DNA from: an uncultured Pseudomonadota bacterium
GTDB taxonomy: Bacteria > Myxococcota_A > Polyangia > Fen-1088
Direction of reading: 5' to 3'
Assembly: GCA_963847705.1 (NCBI GenBank)
Contig: CAWKBC010000027.1
Span: 736,001-800,000 of the forward strand
Length of the DNA: 64,000 bases
Made by a program: the position numbers and the translations under genes. Below the pieces are notes generated by a model, which worked only from the letters and a program-made list of their open reading frames with translations, was not told the DNA's origin and ran no database searches. Numbering within the stretch: the first letter of the stretch is position 1; each line of letters opens with the position of its first letter. Shown in pieces: positions 1-9,629 of the stretch.

Positions 1-1
1 C

Positions 2-283
2 CGCAGGCTCGACGAGAACAGCTGGAACGCCTGCGTCGCCTGGGCCCTGGGCCGTGCCTACGCCATCGCCACCGATCCGGTGTTTCTGGAGGGCTACACC
101 ACGATCCTCGACGAGATCGAACGCCGCGATCGCGACCACGACGGGGCGCTCGGCCGGGACGCGACGGTGCGCGTCGCCGAGGTGATGCCGACCTTCTATT
201 ACGCGCTGGCCGTCGACGCCCTGGTGACGCCCGAGAACGCGAGCCTCGGACGCGCCGAGGCGGGGGGCGGGCGTGGCCGCTGA
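2..283 (+). CDS. hypothetical protein, 3' part (5'-partial at window edge)
   Basis: Frame open from position 2 (RRLDENSWNACVAWALGRAYAIATDPVFLEGY...) to TGA at 283; GC-rich third codon positions; overlaps next gene start. Confidence 0.6.
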   Translation, partial: RRLDENSWNACVAWALGRAYAIATDPVFLEGYTTILDEIERRDRDHDGALGRDATVRVAEVMPTFYYALAVDALVTPENASLGRAEAGGGRGR

Positions 284-1196
284 CGGCGAACAGAAGGGGG
301 AGGGGGCGACTGGCGAGCGCGAGGAGCTGCGCACGCTGGTGGCACAGCTCCGGACCAACATCGCCGCGCGCGGGCGCTCGGGCCTCCTCGGCGTGGCGAT
401 GACGGTGGGCGCGCCGAAGAAGGCGGCCGCCCCCGCCACGGTGTCACCGCCGCCGCTCTCGCCCCCGCCACCGCAAGCCGTGACCATGAAACCATCCCAA
501 TCCGCAAAATCCCAAGACCATCAAGCCCCTCGAGACCCCCAAGATGGCCAAGATGGTCAAGATGGCCAAGATCCCCGACGAGACGAAGAGCGAGATCCCA
601 GCGCCCCGCGCGGCGCGGCTGGCCTCGGGCTGGTGCGAGAGGAGCTCGGCGACTGCAGGCGCTGCAAGCTCTGCAACACCCGGACGAACATCGTGTTCGG
701 CGTCGGCAACCCCGACTCCCACCTGGTGTTCGTGGGCGAGGCGCCCGGCGCCGACGAAGACGCGCAGGGGGAGCCGTTCGTCGGCAAGGCGGGGCAGCTC
801 TTGACGAAGATGATCGAGGCGATGGGCTACGCGCGGGGCGACGTCTACATCTGCAACGTCCTCAAGTGCCGCCCGCCCGGCAACCGCAACCCCGAGCCCG
901 ACGAGGTGGCGAGCTGTGAGCCATTCTTGAAGAAGCAGCTCGGCGCCATCCGGCCGCGGATGATCGTGGCGCTGGGGAAGTTCGCGGTGCAGTGCCTGCT
1001 GCGCGACGATTCGCCGATCAGCCGGCTGCGCGGCAACCTGCGCACCTACGAGGGGATCCCGCTCATGCCCACCTTCCACCCGGCGTACCTCCTGCGCGAT
1101 CCCAGCAAGAAGAAGCTGGCCTGGGATGACCTCAAGGCGGTGAACGCGGCGCTGGCCAAGGTGGGGATCGCGCCGCCGCGGCCCCCCGCCGCCTGA
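273..1196 (+). CDS. udg: uracil-DNA glycosylase family 4 ([4Fe-4S] type) with low-complexity N-terminal extension
   Basis: CRRCKLC Fe-S motif, [10 protein letters not shown] motif [29 protein letters not shown] motif B. Confidence 0.93.
   Translation: MAADGEQKGEGATGEREELRTLVAQLRTNIAARGRSGLLGVAMTVGAPKKAAAPATVSPPPLSPPPPQAVTMKPSQSAKSQDHQAPRDPQDGQDGQDGQDPRRDEERDPSAPRGAAGLGLVREELGDCRRCKLCNTRTNIVFGVGNPDSHLVFVGEAPGADEDAQGEPFVGKAGQLLTKMIEAMGYARGDVYICNVLKCRPPGNRNPEPDEVASCEPFLKKQLGAIRPRMIVALGKFAVQCLLRDDSPISRLRGNLRTYEGIPLMPTFHPAYLLRDPSKKKLAWDDLKAVNAALAKVGIAPPRPPAA
540..573 (+). repeat. 9-bp in-frame tandem repeat (CAAGATGGY, QDG) in the UDG linker
   Basis: caagatggc caagatggt caagatggc caagat. Confidence 0.8.
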
Positions 1197-1298
1197 CGCC
1201 GTCACCGCCGACGATTGGACGATTGATCGCGTGGGCGGAGGCGAGCTTGGCTCGCCGGAGCCCGTCGCGGGAGGGAGCGGGAGCCAAGACAGAGGGAG

Positions 1299-1321
1299 CG
1301 GGAACCCTCCCAGGGTTCCCG
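1299..1321. repeat. perfect inverted repeat (REP-like hairpin)
   Basis: cgggaaccct-ccc-agggttcccg, 10-bp stem, intergenic. Confidence 0.65.
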
Positions 1322-1334
1322 AACTTGCTGTAGC

Positions 1335-2090
1335 ATGGTGCCCGCCGTGTCCCCCGCCATGGTTCGTGGAGTCTTGTTTGTGTCCCCCCTCGCGACGTTG
1401 CTGGCCCTCGGCTGCGGCGGCTCACCCGAGGAGCTCTACAACCGAGGTCAGGCTTCGTTCAAACAGGACAAGCTCGAACCGGCGATCTCCAACCTGGAGT
1501 CTTTCGTCGGTAAGAGCTGCGGCCCGACCGGCGTTCACGCGCACTGCCGGCAGGCCTACCTCACGCTCGGCCACGCGTATGAAAAGCGCGAGGCGCCGGG
1601 CAAGGCCTGGGCGGCGTACGATTCGGCGCTGACGTTCGGCCCCCACGCCGCGGACGAGGCGATTCAGAGCGACCGCGATCGGATGCACGATCTCCTCGCC
1701 GCGCGGCAAGAGAAGGAGACCGGGCGCGCCCCCGTCATCATTCGCTACCGCGACGAGGTGACCGAGGAGTACACGCCGCGCTCGGTGATCATCTCGCTCG
1801 ACTTCCAGCCGGTCGTCACCCGCGACAAGGACGTCGCCGAGCTGCACAGCCCGGACTTCCGGCGGCTCTACAGCGCGTCGGTCCCGGCCGGCGAGCACGT
1901 CCTGGTGGTCGAGATGGCGCACGACTGCGCCCCCAGCGGCGGACCGCATTGCGCGCGCTCGCGGGTTCACAAGGCCTGGCCCTTCAGCGCCGCCGCCCAC
2001 ACCCCGTCGACGATCGAGATTCGTGCCTACGCCCAGAGCGGCGAGGGGGACAACCCTTCGCGACCCGCGCTGGAAGTCGGTAGTCGATAG
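1335..2090 (+). CDS. hypothetical lipoprotein with TPR-like N-terminal helices
   Basis: Lipobox LLALGC; TPR-like ELYNRGQASF...AYLTLGHAYEK; true start may be GTG 1347 or ATG 1359. Confidence 0.7.
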   Translation: MVPAVSPAMVRGVLFVSPLATLLALGCGGSPEELYNRGQASFKQDKLEPAISNLESFVGKSCGPTGVHAHCRQAYLTLGHAYEKREAPGKAWAAYDSALTFGPHAADEAIQSDRDRMHDLLAARQEKETGRAPVIIRYRDEVTEEYTPRSVIISLDFQPVVTRDKDVAELHSPDFRRLYSASVPAGEHVLVVEMAHDCAPSGGPHCARSRVHKAWPFSAAAHTPSTIEIRAYAQSGEGDNPSRPALEVGSR

Positions 2091-2092
2091 AC

Positions 2093-2117
2093 TGTGGGAC
2101 CCTCAAAGGGTCCCACA
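2093..2117. terminator. hairpin between convergent genes (REP-like or bidirectional terminator)
   Basis: tgtgggaccct-caa-agggtcccaca, 11-bp perfect stem just after the stop at 2090; no U-tract. Confidence 0.5.
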
Positions 2118-2191
2118 CCCCCCGCGATGAGCTCCCACCGGCGGAGCCCGTCCTCGCTCGACGCGATCTACTGCGGGATCTCTCTCCGGGG

Positions 2192-3397
2192 TCAGCGGCC
2201 GGGTGGGGCGGCGGGTGGCTTCGTCTCGACGACCTGGACGGGGCTGCCGTCCTGGACGGAGCTTCCGAGGTCGAGGGCGACCCGGGTGCTCGGCTCGACG
2301 CCGCTGACCAGGCGGACGACCTGCCCGTCGTCGCTGGCGACCACCACGGGCTTGTAGTGAACGTGCCCGCTGCCGTCGATGATGGCAACCGTCGGCTTGT
2401 CACCGCGCGTGACCAGCGCTTCGGCCGGCATCTCCAGCAGCGGGGGGATGCGCACGTCCAGGGTCACCTGGACGTAGCTGCCGGGGACGATCAGGTGGTC
2501 GTCGTTGCTGATGTCGACCTCGGTCAGCATGGTGCGCGTTCGCGGCGACAGCTGGCCGCTGGTGCGCGCGATCTTGGCCTGGCGCGACCAGCCGGGTCGC
2601 TCGGGGACGGTGACGACGGCGGTGTCGCCGGCGTGGACGAACGGAGCGCTCGACTGGTCGACGTAGACATAGACGCGCAGCTGGTCCCCCGTGGAGACCG
2701 AAACGATGGGGACGGCGCCGCTCTGGGCGTTGGCGGCGCTCTGGATCAGCGTGCCGGGATCGGCGAAGCGCGCGCTGATGACGCCGTCGAACGGCGCCCG
2801 GATCACCCGGTAGCCGCGCTGGGTGGCGATCGCCGACTGGGTCGCGTCGGCCACGTCGGCCGTGGCCTGTCCCAGCTCCAGCTCCTGCGCCGATACCACG
2901 CCCGCCGGCGCCAGCGCGGTGAGACGCTTGGCGTTCACCCGCTTGTTGCGCGCGTCGGCGACGGCGGCGTTGTATTGGGCGTCCAGCTCGGGGGCGGTGA
3001 CCACCGCGATGAGCTGGTTCTTCTTCACCCGATCGCCCTTGTCGACCTTGAGATCGGAGAGGAAGCCGGCCACCTTGGCGTAGAGCGTGACCTCGAAGAA
3101 GGGTCGCGCTTCTCCTTGCAGCGACAGGTGGCGGATGCCGGGGGCCTGCTTGACGGTCGCCACCCGGACGCGCGGGCCCAGCTTCACGTCGGCCTCGCGC
3201 GACTGGGCGTCGTCGCGTGCCTCGTGGTTGCGGTGCCGGCCGATCCCCACCACGCCGATCACCACCGCCGCAAAGATGAGGATCCCGACGGTGTAGAACA
3301 GCCCCGAGCGCCGGGGCTCCGGCGGGCGGGGGTCGCTGGGATCGCCTGCGGGCGGCAGCTCGTCCTCCAGCTGTTCGACCGGGCGGGGGGACGACAT
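2192..3397 (-). CDS. RND efflux periplasmic adaptor (membrane fusion protein)
   Basis: N-terminal TM, LYAKVAGFL..VDKGDRVKKNQ barrel-sandwich hybrid, IRAPFDGVI, TRTMLTEV. Confidence 0.92.
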   Translation of the reverse strand: MSSPRPVEQLEDELPPAGDPSDPRPPEPRRSGLFYTVGILIFAAVVIGVVGIGRHRNHEARDDAQSREADVKLGPRVRVATVKQAPGIRHLSLQGEARPFFEVTLYAKVAGFLSDLKVDKGDRVKKNQLIAVVTAPELDAQYNAAVADARNKRVNAKRLTALAPAGVVSAQELELGQATADVADATQSAIATQRGYRVIRAPFDGVISARFADPGTLIQSAANAQSGAVPIVSVSTGDQLRVYVYVDQSSAPFVHAGDTAVVTVPERPGWSRQAKIARTSGQLSPRTRTMLTEVDISNDDHLIVPGSYVQVTLDVRIPPLLEMPAEALVTRGDKPTVAIIDGSGHVHYKPVVVASDDGQVVRLVSGVEPSTRVALDLGSSVQDGSPVQVVETKPPAAPPGR

Positions 3398-6300
3398 CAG
3401 GCGTGGCTCCCGGAGTGCGCTGGCGCCTCGAGACCTTCTCGTTCCTCGCTCAAGAACTTCTGCTCCATCACGTGCTTGCTCGGCAGCTTGACCCGCAGGG
3501 TCGCATATACCACGGGGACCACGAACAGCGTGGCGACGGTGGCCATGCCGAGGCCGCCGATGACGGCGCGGCCGAGGGGCGCGTTCTGCTCGCCCGCCTC
3601 GCCCAGGCCGAGCGCCATCGGGATCATGCCGATGATCATCGCCAGCGCGGTCATGATGACCGGCCGCAGCCGGGTCCGCCCCGCCTCGAGCGCGGCCTCG
3701 AGCGGCGTGACGCCCTCCTTCTCCACGCGCATGTCGTTGGCGAAGTTGACGAGGAGGATGGAGTTCGAGACCGCGATGCCGACCGCCATGATGGCGCCCA
3801 TCAGCGACTCGACGTTGATGGTGGTGTGGGTCAGCACCAGCATCCAGAGGATGCCGACCAGCGCGCCCGGCACCGCCACCATGATGATGAATGGGTCGAG
3901 CCAGGACTGAAACAGGATGACCATCAGGCAGTAGACGAGCAGCGCGGCCAGGATGAGGCCGAGGCCCAGCATCCGGAAGGACTGGTTCATCACCTGGTTC
4001 TGCCCGCGCAGGGTGACCTTCACGCCGGGGGGGAGCTTGCCGAGGGCGTCGATCTTCTTCTGGATGTCCGCGGCGACGTTGCCGAGGTCGCGCCCCTCGA
4101 CGTTGGCGCCGACGTCGATCACCCGCTGGACGGTGTAGTGGTTGATCTGCTCGGGGCTGCCGCCGGGTGAGACCGAGGCGATGCCGCTCAGCATCTGGGT
4201 CGGCGCCTCGGGGACCGCCGCGGGCCCGGGGCCGGCGGAGTTGCTGTCGATCGGCACGCCGGTGGTGAGCGGCGTGGCCATCACCTGGTCGACCGAGGCC
4301 AGCTGCGGCAGCGGCGTCTTGACGACCACCGTGTAGTTCACGTTGTTGTGCGGGTTCAGGAAGTAGGACGGCGCGACCAGGCCGCTCGACGACAGGGAGA
4401 CCAGCAGGTTGTTGGCCACGTCGCGCTGGGCGATTCCGGCCTGCGCCGCCCGCAGCCGATCGACGTTGACCGTCAACGCCGGGTAGTCGATCACCTGCAC
4501 GATGTGCGCATCGCTGGTGCCGGCGACCTCGGCGACGCCGTCACGCAGCCGGCGGGCGATGTCGTAGCCCTTCTGGAGGTCCGCCGCCTCGACCTGCAGA
4601 TCGATGGGCGACGACAGCCCGAAGTTGAGCACCTGGCTGACGATGTCGGCCGGCTGGAAGTAGGCGCTGGCGCCAGGGAAGTCGTGGGTCAGCATGGCCC
4701 GGATCCGGCGCATGTACCCGGCGGTGGGAGCATGCTCGGGCTTGAGCGCGATCAGGATCTCCGCGTCCATCGCGCTGACGTTGTCCGTCTGCACGAAGGC
4801 CAGGTTGTAGGAGATCGGGATGCCGATCATCGCGTTGATGGTCTCGATCTCCTGCTTCGGAACGATGGCGCGGATGCCGTTCTCCACCTGGGTCACCAGC
4901 TCTTCGGTCCGCTCGATGCGTGAGCCGACCGGGGCCCGGAAGTGCAGCTTCATGAGCCCGGCGTCGACCGACGGGAAAAAGTCGGTGCCGACCACGAACA
5001 CCAGGCCCAGGCTGGCGAGGGCGATGGCGGCGGCGGCGGCGATGGTGAAGCGCCGGTGGTGCAGGGCAGCCTCGAGGACGGCGGCGTAGCGGTCCTGAAA
5101 ACGCTCGAACTTCGCGTCGCGCCAGCGGTTGAACCGGACGGCGATCCGCTTCCATCCGCCGGCGGGCAGCGCGGCGCCAGGCTCGTCGTGGTGCTCGCTG
5201 TGCATGAGCATGCGCGCCAGGGCCGGGACCAGCGTCCGCGACAGGAGGTAGGAGGCCAGCATGGCCAGCACCACCGAGATGGCGAGCGGGGTGAACAGGA
5301 AGCGGGCCGGCCCGACCAGCAGCACGACCGGGAAGAACACGATGCAGATCGACAGGGTCGCCACGATGGCCGGCACCGCGATCTGCGAGGCGCCATCGAG
5401 GATGGCGCGGGTGAGGGGCTTGCCCATGGTGCGGTTGCGGTGGATGTTCTCCACCTCGACGGTGGCGTCGTCGACGAGCATCCCGATGGCCAGCGCCAGG
5501 CCTCCCAGCGTCATGATGTTGATGGTGTGGCCGTAGAGGTTCAGCCCCACGATCGCCGAGAAGATGGCCAGCGGGATGGAGGTGCAGACGATCACCATGC
5601 TGCGCCAGCTGCCCAGGAAAAGGCCGACCATCAGCGAGACCAGCAGCGAGGAGATGATCGCTTCGCGCACGACGCCGCCGATGGCGCCCCGCACGAACAC
5701 CGACTGGTCGAAGTCGATCTTCAGCTCGAGGCCGTTGGGCGCCGCCGCCTTGATCTGGGGCAGGACGTCGCGCACGGCGTCCACCACCGCCAGGGTCGAG
5801 GCGTCGGAGTGCTTGAGAATGGCCAGGTAGGTGGCGCGGCGCCCGTTGACGCGCACGATGTTGGTCTGGTCGGCGAAGGCGTCCGAGACGCGGGCCACGT
5901 CGCCCAGCAGCACCGGCGCGCCCTCGACGATCTTCACCGGGATGTTGGCGAACTCGGCCACCTCGTTGGGGCTCGAGTTCATGAGGATGTTGTACTCGCG
6001 GCCGCCGATGCGGGCGGTCCCGGCCGGCAGGATGACGTTCTCGCTGTTGAGCGCGTTGACCACGTCGTAGGGGGACAGACCCTTGGCGGAGAGCTGGCGC
6101 GGGTCGATGTCGACGTTGATCTGCCGCTGCTTGCCGCCGAAGGGCGCCGGCGTCGAGAGGCCGGGGATGGTGAAGAGCTTCACCCGGATGAAGTTGAGCC
6201 CGTAGTCGAAGATCTGCTGCTCGGGAAGCGTCTCGCTGGAGATGGTGAGCTGAGAGACCGGCACGTTGGAGGCGTTGAACTGGATGACCGTGGGCGGTGT

Positions 6301-6672
6301 CATTCCCGGCGGAGCGATGCGCAGGATCGTACTGGAGACGGATGAGATTTGAGCAATGGCTGCACCTATTTCGGTGCCAGGCTGAAAGTAAATCCTCAGG
6401 ATTCCGATGCCCGGGATCGACTGCGATTCGATCCGCTCGATGCCGTTCACCGTCGTCGAGAAGGCACGCTCGCTGATGAGGACGACCCGGCGCTCCATGT
6501 CCTGGGCGGAGAGGCCCGGGTAGTTCCAGACCACCGCCACGACCGGGATGTCGATGGCCGGGAAGATATCGACCACCATGCGGGTGAGCGAGAGGATCCC
6601 CATCACGAGGATCAGGCCGCACATCACGGCGACGGTGTACGGGCGCCGCAGCGCCAGTCGAACTATCCACAT
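3397..6672 (-). CDS. RND efflux permease (AcrB/NolG-like)
   Basis: 1091 aa; MWIVRLALRRP start, FPAIDIP, GMLVDDATVEVENI proton-relay motif, RLRPVIMT. Confidence 0.95.
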   Translation of the reverse strand: MWIVRLALRRPYTVAVMCGLILVMGILSLTRMVVDIFPAIDIPVVAVVWNYPGLSAQDMERRVVLISERAFSTTVNGIERIESQSIPGIGILRIYFQPGTEIGAAIAQISSVSSTILRIAPPGMTPPTVIQFNASNVPVSQLTISSETLPEQQIFDYGLNFIRVKLFTIPGLSTPAPFGGKQRQINVDIDPRQLSAKGLSPYDVVNALNSENVILPAGTARIGGREYNILMNSSPNEVAEFANIPVKIVEGAPVLLGDVARVSDAFADQTNIVRVNGRRATYLAILKHSDASTLAVVDAVRDVLPQIKAAAPNGLELKIDFDQSVFVRGAIGGVVREAIISSLLVSLMVGLFLGSWRSMVIVCTSIPLAIFSAIVGLNLYGHTINIMTLGGLALAIGMLVDDATVEVENIHRNRTMGKPLTRAILDGASQIAVPAIVATLSICIVFFPVVLLVGPARFLFTPLAISVVLAMLASYLLSRTLVPALARMLMHSEHHDEPGAALPAGGWKRIAVRFNRWRDAKFERFQDRYAAVLEAALHHRRFTIAAAAAIALASLGLVFVVGTDFFPSVDAGLMKLHFRAPVGSRIERTEELVTQVENGIRAIVPKQEIETINAMIGIPISYNLAFVQTDNVSAMDAEILIALKPEHAPTAGYMRRIRAMLTHDFPGASAYFQPADIVSQVLNFGLSSPIDLQVEAADLQKGYDIARRLRDGVAEVAGTSDAHIVQVIDYPALTVNVDRLRAAQAGIAQRDVANNLLVSLSSSGLVAPSYFLNPHNNVNYTVVVKTPLPQLASVDQVMATPLTTGVPIDSNSAGPGPAAVPEAPTQMLSGIASVSPGGSPEQINHYTVQRVIDVGANVEGRDLGNVAADIQKKIDALGKLPPGVKVTLRGQNQVMNQSFRMLGLGLILAALLVYCLMVILFQSWLDPFIIMVAVPGALVGILWMLVLTHTTINVESLMGAIMAVGIAVSNSILLVNFANDMRVEKEGVTPLEAALEAGRTRLRPVIMTALAMIIGMIPMALGLGEAGEQNAPLGRAVIGGLGMATVATLFVVPVVYATLRVKLPSKHVMEQKFLSEEREGLEAPAHSGSHA

Positions 6673-6693
6673 CGAACGTACAAGCTCGCCCGG

Positions 6694-6721
6694 AATCTAT
6701 TCGACGAACCAGGATCGTCAA
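6694..6721 (-). promoter_or_regulatory. sigma70-like promoter of the RND operon
   Basis: TTGACG-N16-TAGATT on the minus strand, 21 nt before the start at 6672. Confidence 0.55.
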
Positions 6722-6747
6722 GCAAGAACCCGCGAGGGTTCCGCGGG
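6720..6747 (-). terminator. putative intrinsic terminator after scoB
   Basis: cccgcg/cgcggg stem followed on the minus strand by ttcttgctt; an alternative GAACCC-GCGA-GGGTTC hairpin overlaps it. Confidence 0.4.
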
Positions 6748-6751
6748 CCGG

Positions 6752-7402
6752 CTATCGCCCCGAGGTGGCGGTGGTGAAGAGGACGGGGGCGCCGGTGGCG
6801 GCCAGGATCTGCTCGCGGACCACCCCCTCGGCGCGGGCCACGCAGACGAAGCAGTCGCCGCCGACGTCGAAGATCCCGAGGTCGGTGATCACCCGGCTCA
6901 CGCAGCCGAGGGCCGTCGCGGGGAGCGTCAGCCGGTTGACCAGCTTGCTGGCGCCGTCCTTCGAGGCATGGTTCTGGAGCACCACCAGCCGACGGGCGCC
7001 GGCGGCCAGATCCATCGCGCCGCCCATCCCGGTGATGAGGCGTCCGGGAACGGTCCAGTTGGCCAGATCGCCGTTGCAGGCGACCTCCAACCCTCCCAGG
7101 ATGGCCAGGTCGACGTGGCCACCTCGAATCATCCCGAACGACAGCGCCGAGTCGAACATGCTCGCGCCGGGGAGCGCGGTCACCGTCTCCTTGCCGGCGT
7201 TGATGAGGCGCGCGTCGACCTCGTCCTCGTGGGGGTAGGGTCCCATGCCGAGGAGGCCGTTCTCCGACTGCAGCGTCACGTTGGCCGCCGGGTCGATGTG
7301 GTTGGCCACCTCGGTCGGCATCCCGATCCCCAGGTTGACGATCTGCCCGGGCGCGACCTCGGCGGCGGCGCGCCGGACCATCTGCTCGCGCGTCCAGCTC
7401 AC
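6752..7402 (-). CDS. scoB: 3-oxoacid CoA-transferase subunit B
   Basis: VNLGIGMPT, LQSENG (catalytic Glu), INAGKE, MIRGGHVD, GMGGAMDL; substrate specificity not determinable. Confidence 0.9.
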   Translation of the reverse strand: MSWTREQMVRRAAAEVAPGQIVNLGIGMPTEVANHIDPAANVTLQSENGLLGMGPYPHEDEVDARLINAGKETVTALPGASMFDSALSFGMIRGGHVDLAILGGLEVACNGDLANWTVPGRLITGMGGAMDLAAGARRLVVLQNHASKDGASKLVNRLTLPATALGCVSRVITDLGIFDVGGDCFVCVARAEGVVREQILAATGAPVLFTTATSGR

Positions 7403-7570
7403 GCGCGTGCCTCCGTTGTCTCGGCCGCGCTCACGCGCGTGCCTCCGTTGTCTCGGCCGCGCTCACGCGCGTGCCTCCGTTGCTCTCGGCCGCGCTCACG
7501 CGCGTGCCTCCGTCGTCTCGGCCGCGCTCACGCGCGTGCCTCTGTTGCTTTCGGCCGCGCTCACGCGCGT
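7397..7570 (-). repeat. tandem array of 5 full and 1 partial 32/33-bp units between scoA and scoB
   Basis: Unit gctcacgcgcgtgcctccgttgtctcggccgc starting at 7397, 7429, 7461, 7494, 7526, partial at 7559. Confidence 0.95.
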
Positions 7571-8331
7571 CCTTTGCGCGTGCGGGTCGCCTCGGTGAGG
7601 CGCTGGCCCGAGCCGCGCGCGCGGGTGGTCCGGTGCTCGATGACGTCGCGGTGCTCGGGGACCTCGACGATCCGCTTCACGTAGAGGCCCGGCAGGTGCA
7701 CGTCGTCGGGATCGATGACGCCGGTGGGGACCACCCGATCCGCCTCGACGACGGTCACCTTGGCCGCGGTGGCCATCAGCGGGTTGAAGTTGCGGGCCGT
7801 CCGGTAGAAGCGCAGGTTGCCGAAACGATCGGAGACGGCCGCCCGGACGATGGCCAGATCGGCCCGCAGCGGCCGCTCGAACAGGTATTTGCGCCCGTCG
7901 ATCTCGCGCACCTCTTTCCCCTCGGCGACCACGGTCCCCACGCCGGTCGGGGTGTAGAACCCGGCGATGCCGGCGCCGCCGGCGCGGATCCGCTCGGCGA
8001 ACGTTCCTTGCGGCACCAGCTCGACCTTCACCTTGCCCGAGAGATACTGCTCGGCGAGATCGGGGTTTCCGCCCACGAAGCTGCAGATGACCCGGGTGAC
8101 CTGGCGGTTCTGCAAGAGCACCGCCAGCCCTTGCCCCTGATTGCCGCAGTTGTTGCTGACGATGGTGAGGTTCCGGACACCGCTGCCGGCGATGGCCTCG
8201 ATGCAGGCCTCGGCGTTGCCGCACAGCCCGAAGCCGCCCGACATGATCGTCATCCCGTCGTGCAGGAGTCCGGTCAGGGCTTCGCTGACGCTGGCGTAGA
8301 GCTTGTCGCCGGGCACCCTCGAATCGCTCAC
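7561..8331 (-). CDS. scoA: 3-oxoacid CoA-transferase subunit A
   Basis: GMTIMSGGFGLCG, VSNNCG, ELVPQGTFAERIRAGGAG, ARNFNPLMATA, VHLPG. Confidence 0.9.
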   Translation of the reverse strand: MSDSRVPGDKLYASVSEALTGLLHDGMTIMSGGFGLCGNAEACIEAIAGSGVRNLTIVSNNCGNQGQGLAVLLQNRQVTRVICSFVGGNPDLAEQYLSGKVKVELVPQGTFAERIRAGGAGIAGFYTPTGVGTVVAEGKEVREIDGRKYLFERPLRADLAIVRAAVSDRFGNLRFYRTARNFNPLMATAAKVTVVEADRVVPTGVIDPDDVHLPGLYVKRIVEVPEHRDVIEHRTTRARGSGQRLTEATRTRKGRA

Positions 8332-9629
8332 GCCAGCGCCTCGTCGAGGGCGCGCCCGAGATCGCCCAGGGCGGCGTCGAGCTCCGCTTCGCTCACCACC
8401 AGGGGCGGGGCCAGGTAGAGCAGGTTCTCGCGCTTGTGCATGTGCAGGCGGTGTTTGCGCAAGGAGGCGCTCAGCTTTGCCATGACAGAGGCCGGCAGCG
8501 GGATCTTCGTGCGCGCCTCCCCTGGACCCGGGGCGCAGAGCTCGAACGCCCAGAGCAGGCCGAGTCCGCGCGTCTCGGCGACGTAGGGGCGGTCCCGCGC
8601 GAAGTCGGCCAGGCGGCCGGCCAGGAACGTCCCCAGCGCCGCCGCCCGCTCGACCAGCTTTTCGTCCCGCAGGGTCTCGATGGCGGCCACGATCGCCTCG
8701 CAGACCAGCGGATGGGCGTAGCCGGTGAGCCCGCAGACCAGCACGTGGTCGTCGAAGTGGCGCGCGATCCGGTCGGTGACGATGACCGCGCCGCCTGGGG
8801 CGTAGCCGCCGGTGAGCCCTTTGGCCATGGTGAGGAGATCGGGCGTGACGCCGTCGTGGTCGACGGCGAACCAGCGGCCGGTGCGACCGAATCCGGAGAG
8901 CACTTCATCGGCGATGAGCAGGATGCCGTACCGGTCACAGATCGCGCGAATTTTTTTCCAGTAGCCTGCCGGCGGTACGAAGACGCCGTTGGCCCCCACG
9001 ATCCCCTCGAGGATCACCGCGGCGACGGTGTCGGGACCTTCGCGCAGGAGCGCCGTCTCCAGATCCTGGGCGCACTCGTGCGCGCAGGACGACGGCTCTT
9101 TGCCGAACGGACAGCGGAAGCAGTAAGGGTCGCCCATGCGGACCACGCCGGGAAGGCCGGGCTCGAACGGCTCGCGGCGCGGATCGCCCGAGAGCGAGAG
9201 CATTGCAAGAGTCGCCCCGTGATAGCTGCGGGTGCGGGCGACGATCTTGTTCCGGCCGGTGAAGAGCCGAGCCATCTTGACGGCGTTCTCGTTGGCCTCG
9301 GCGCCCGAAAGACAGAAGAAGGTCTTCTCGAGTCCCTGGGGCGTCACCTCCGCCAGCAGCTCGCCCGCGCGTGCCTTGGCCGGGAAGACCGCCGTCGGAT
9401 AGACAAGGAGGCCCCGCCCGGCCGCCTCGGCGAGCGCCTTCTTCATCCGGGGGTGGCCATGCCCGAGGGGGGCATTCCAGGTCATGCTGCCGAGGTCCCA
9501 CCACACGCCGCCGTCGGCGGTGGTGAAGCGCGCGCCCTGGCCGCCCACGATCTCCAGCGGGACGGCGCTCGCCTGGGCGGTCCAGGTGTAAAAAACGCGC
9601 GCGGCTTGCTCGTCGCTGAGTGCGCTCAT
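8328..9629 (-). CDS. class III PLP aminotransferase (omega-amino acid type)
   Basis: Starts MSALSDEQ at an ATGA overlap; SGAEANENA, SYHGAT, LIADEVLSGFGRTG, PDLLTMAKGL (PLP Lys). Confidence 0.9.
   Translation of the reverse strand: MSALSDEQAARVFYTWTAQASAVPLEIVGGQGARFTTADGGVWWDLGSMTWNAPLGHGHPRMKKALAEAAGRGLLVYPTAVFPAKARAGELLAEVTPQGLEKTFFCLSGAEANENAVKMARLFTGRNKIVARTRSYHGATLAMLSLSGDPRREPFEPGLPGVVRMGDPYCFRCPFGKEPSSCAHECAQDLETALLREGPDTVAAVILEGIVGANGVFVPPAGYWKKIRAICDRYGILLIADEVLSGFGRTGRWFAVDHDGVTPDLLTMAKGLTGGYAPGGAVIVTDRIARHFDDHVLVCGLTGYAHPLVCEAIVAAIETLRDEKLVERAAALGTFLAGRLADFARDRPYVAETRGLGLLWAFELCAPGPGEARTKIPLPASVMAKLSASLRKHRLHMHKRENLLYLAPPLVVSEAELDAALGDLGRALDEALA

Noticed and set aside
7397-7570. 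CRISPR array (32/33-bp period)
   Set aside because: Units are contiguous near-identical repeats with no unique spacers, and there are no cas genes in the window.
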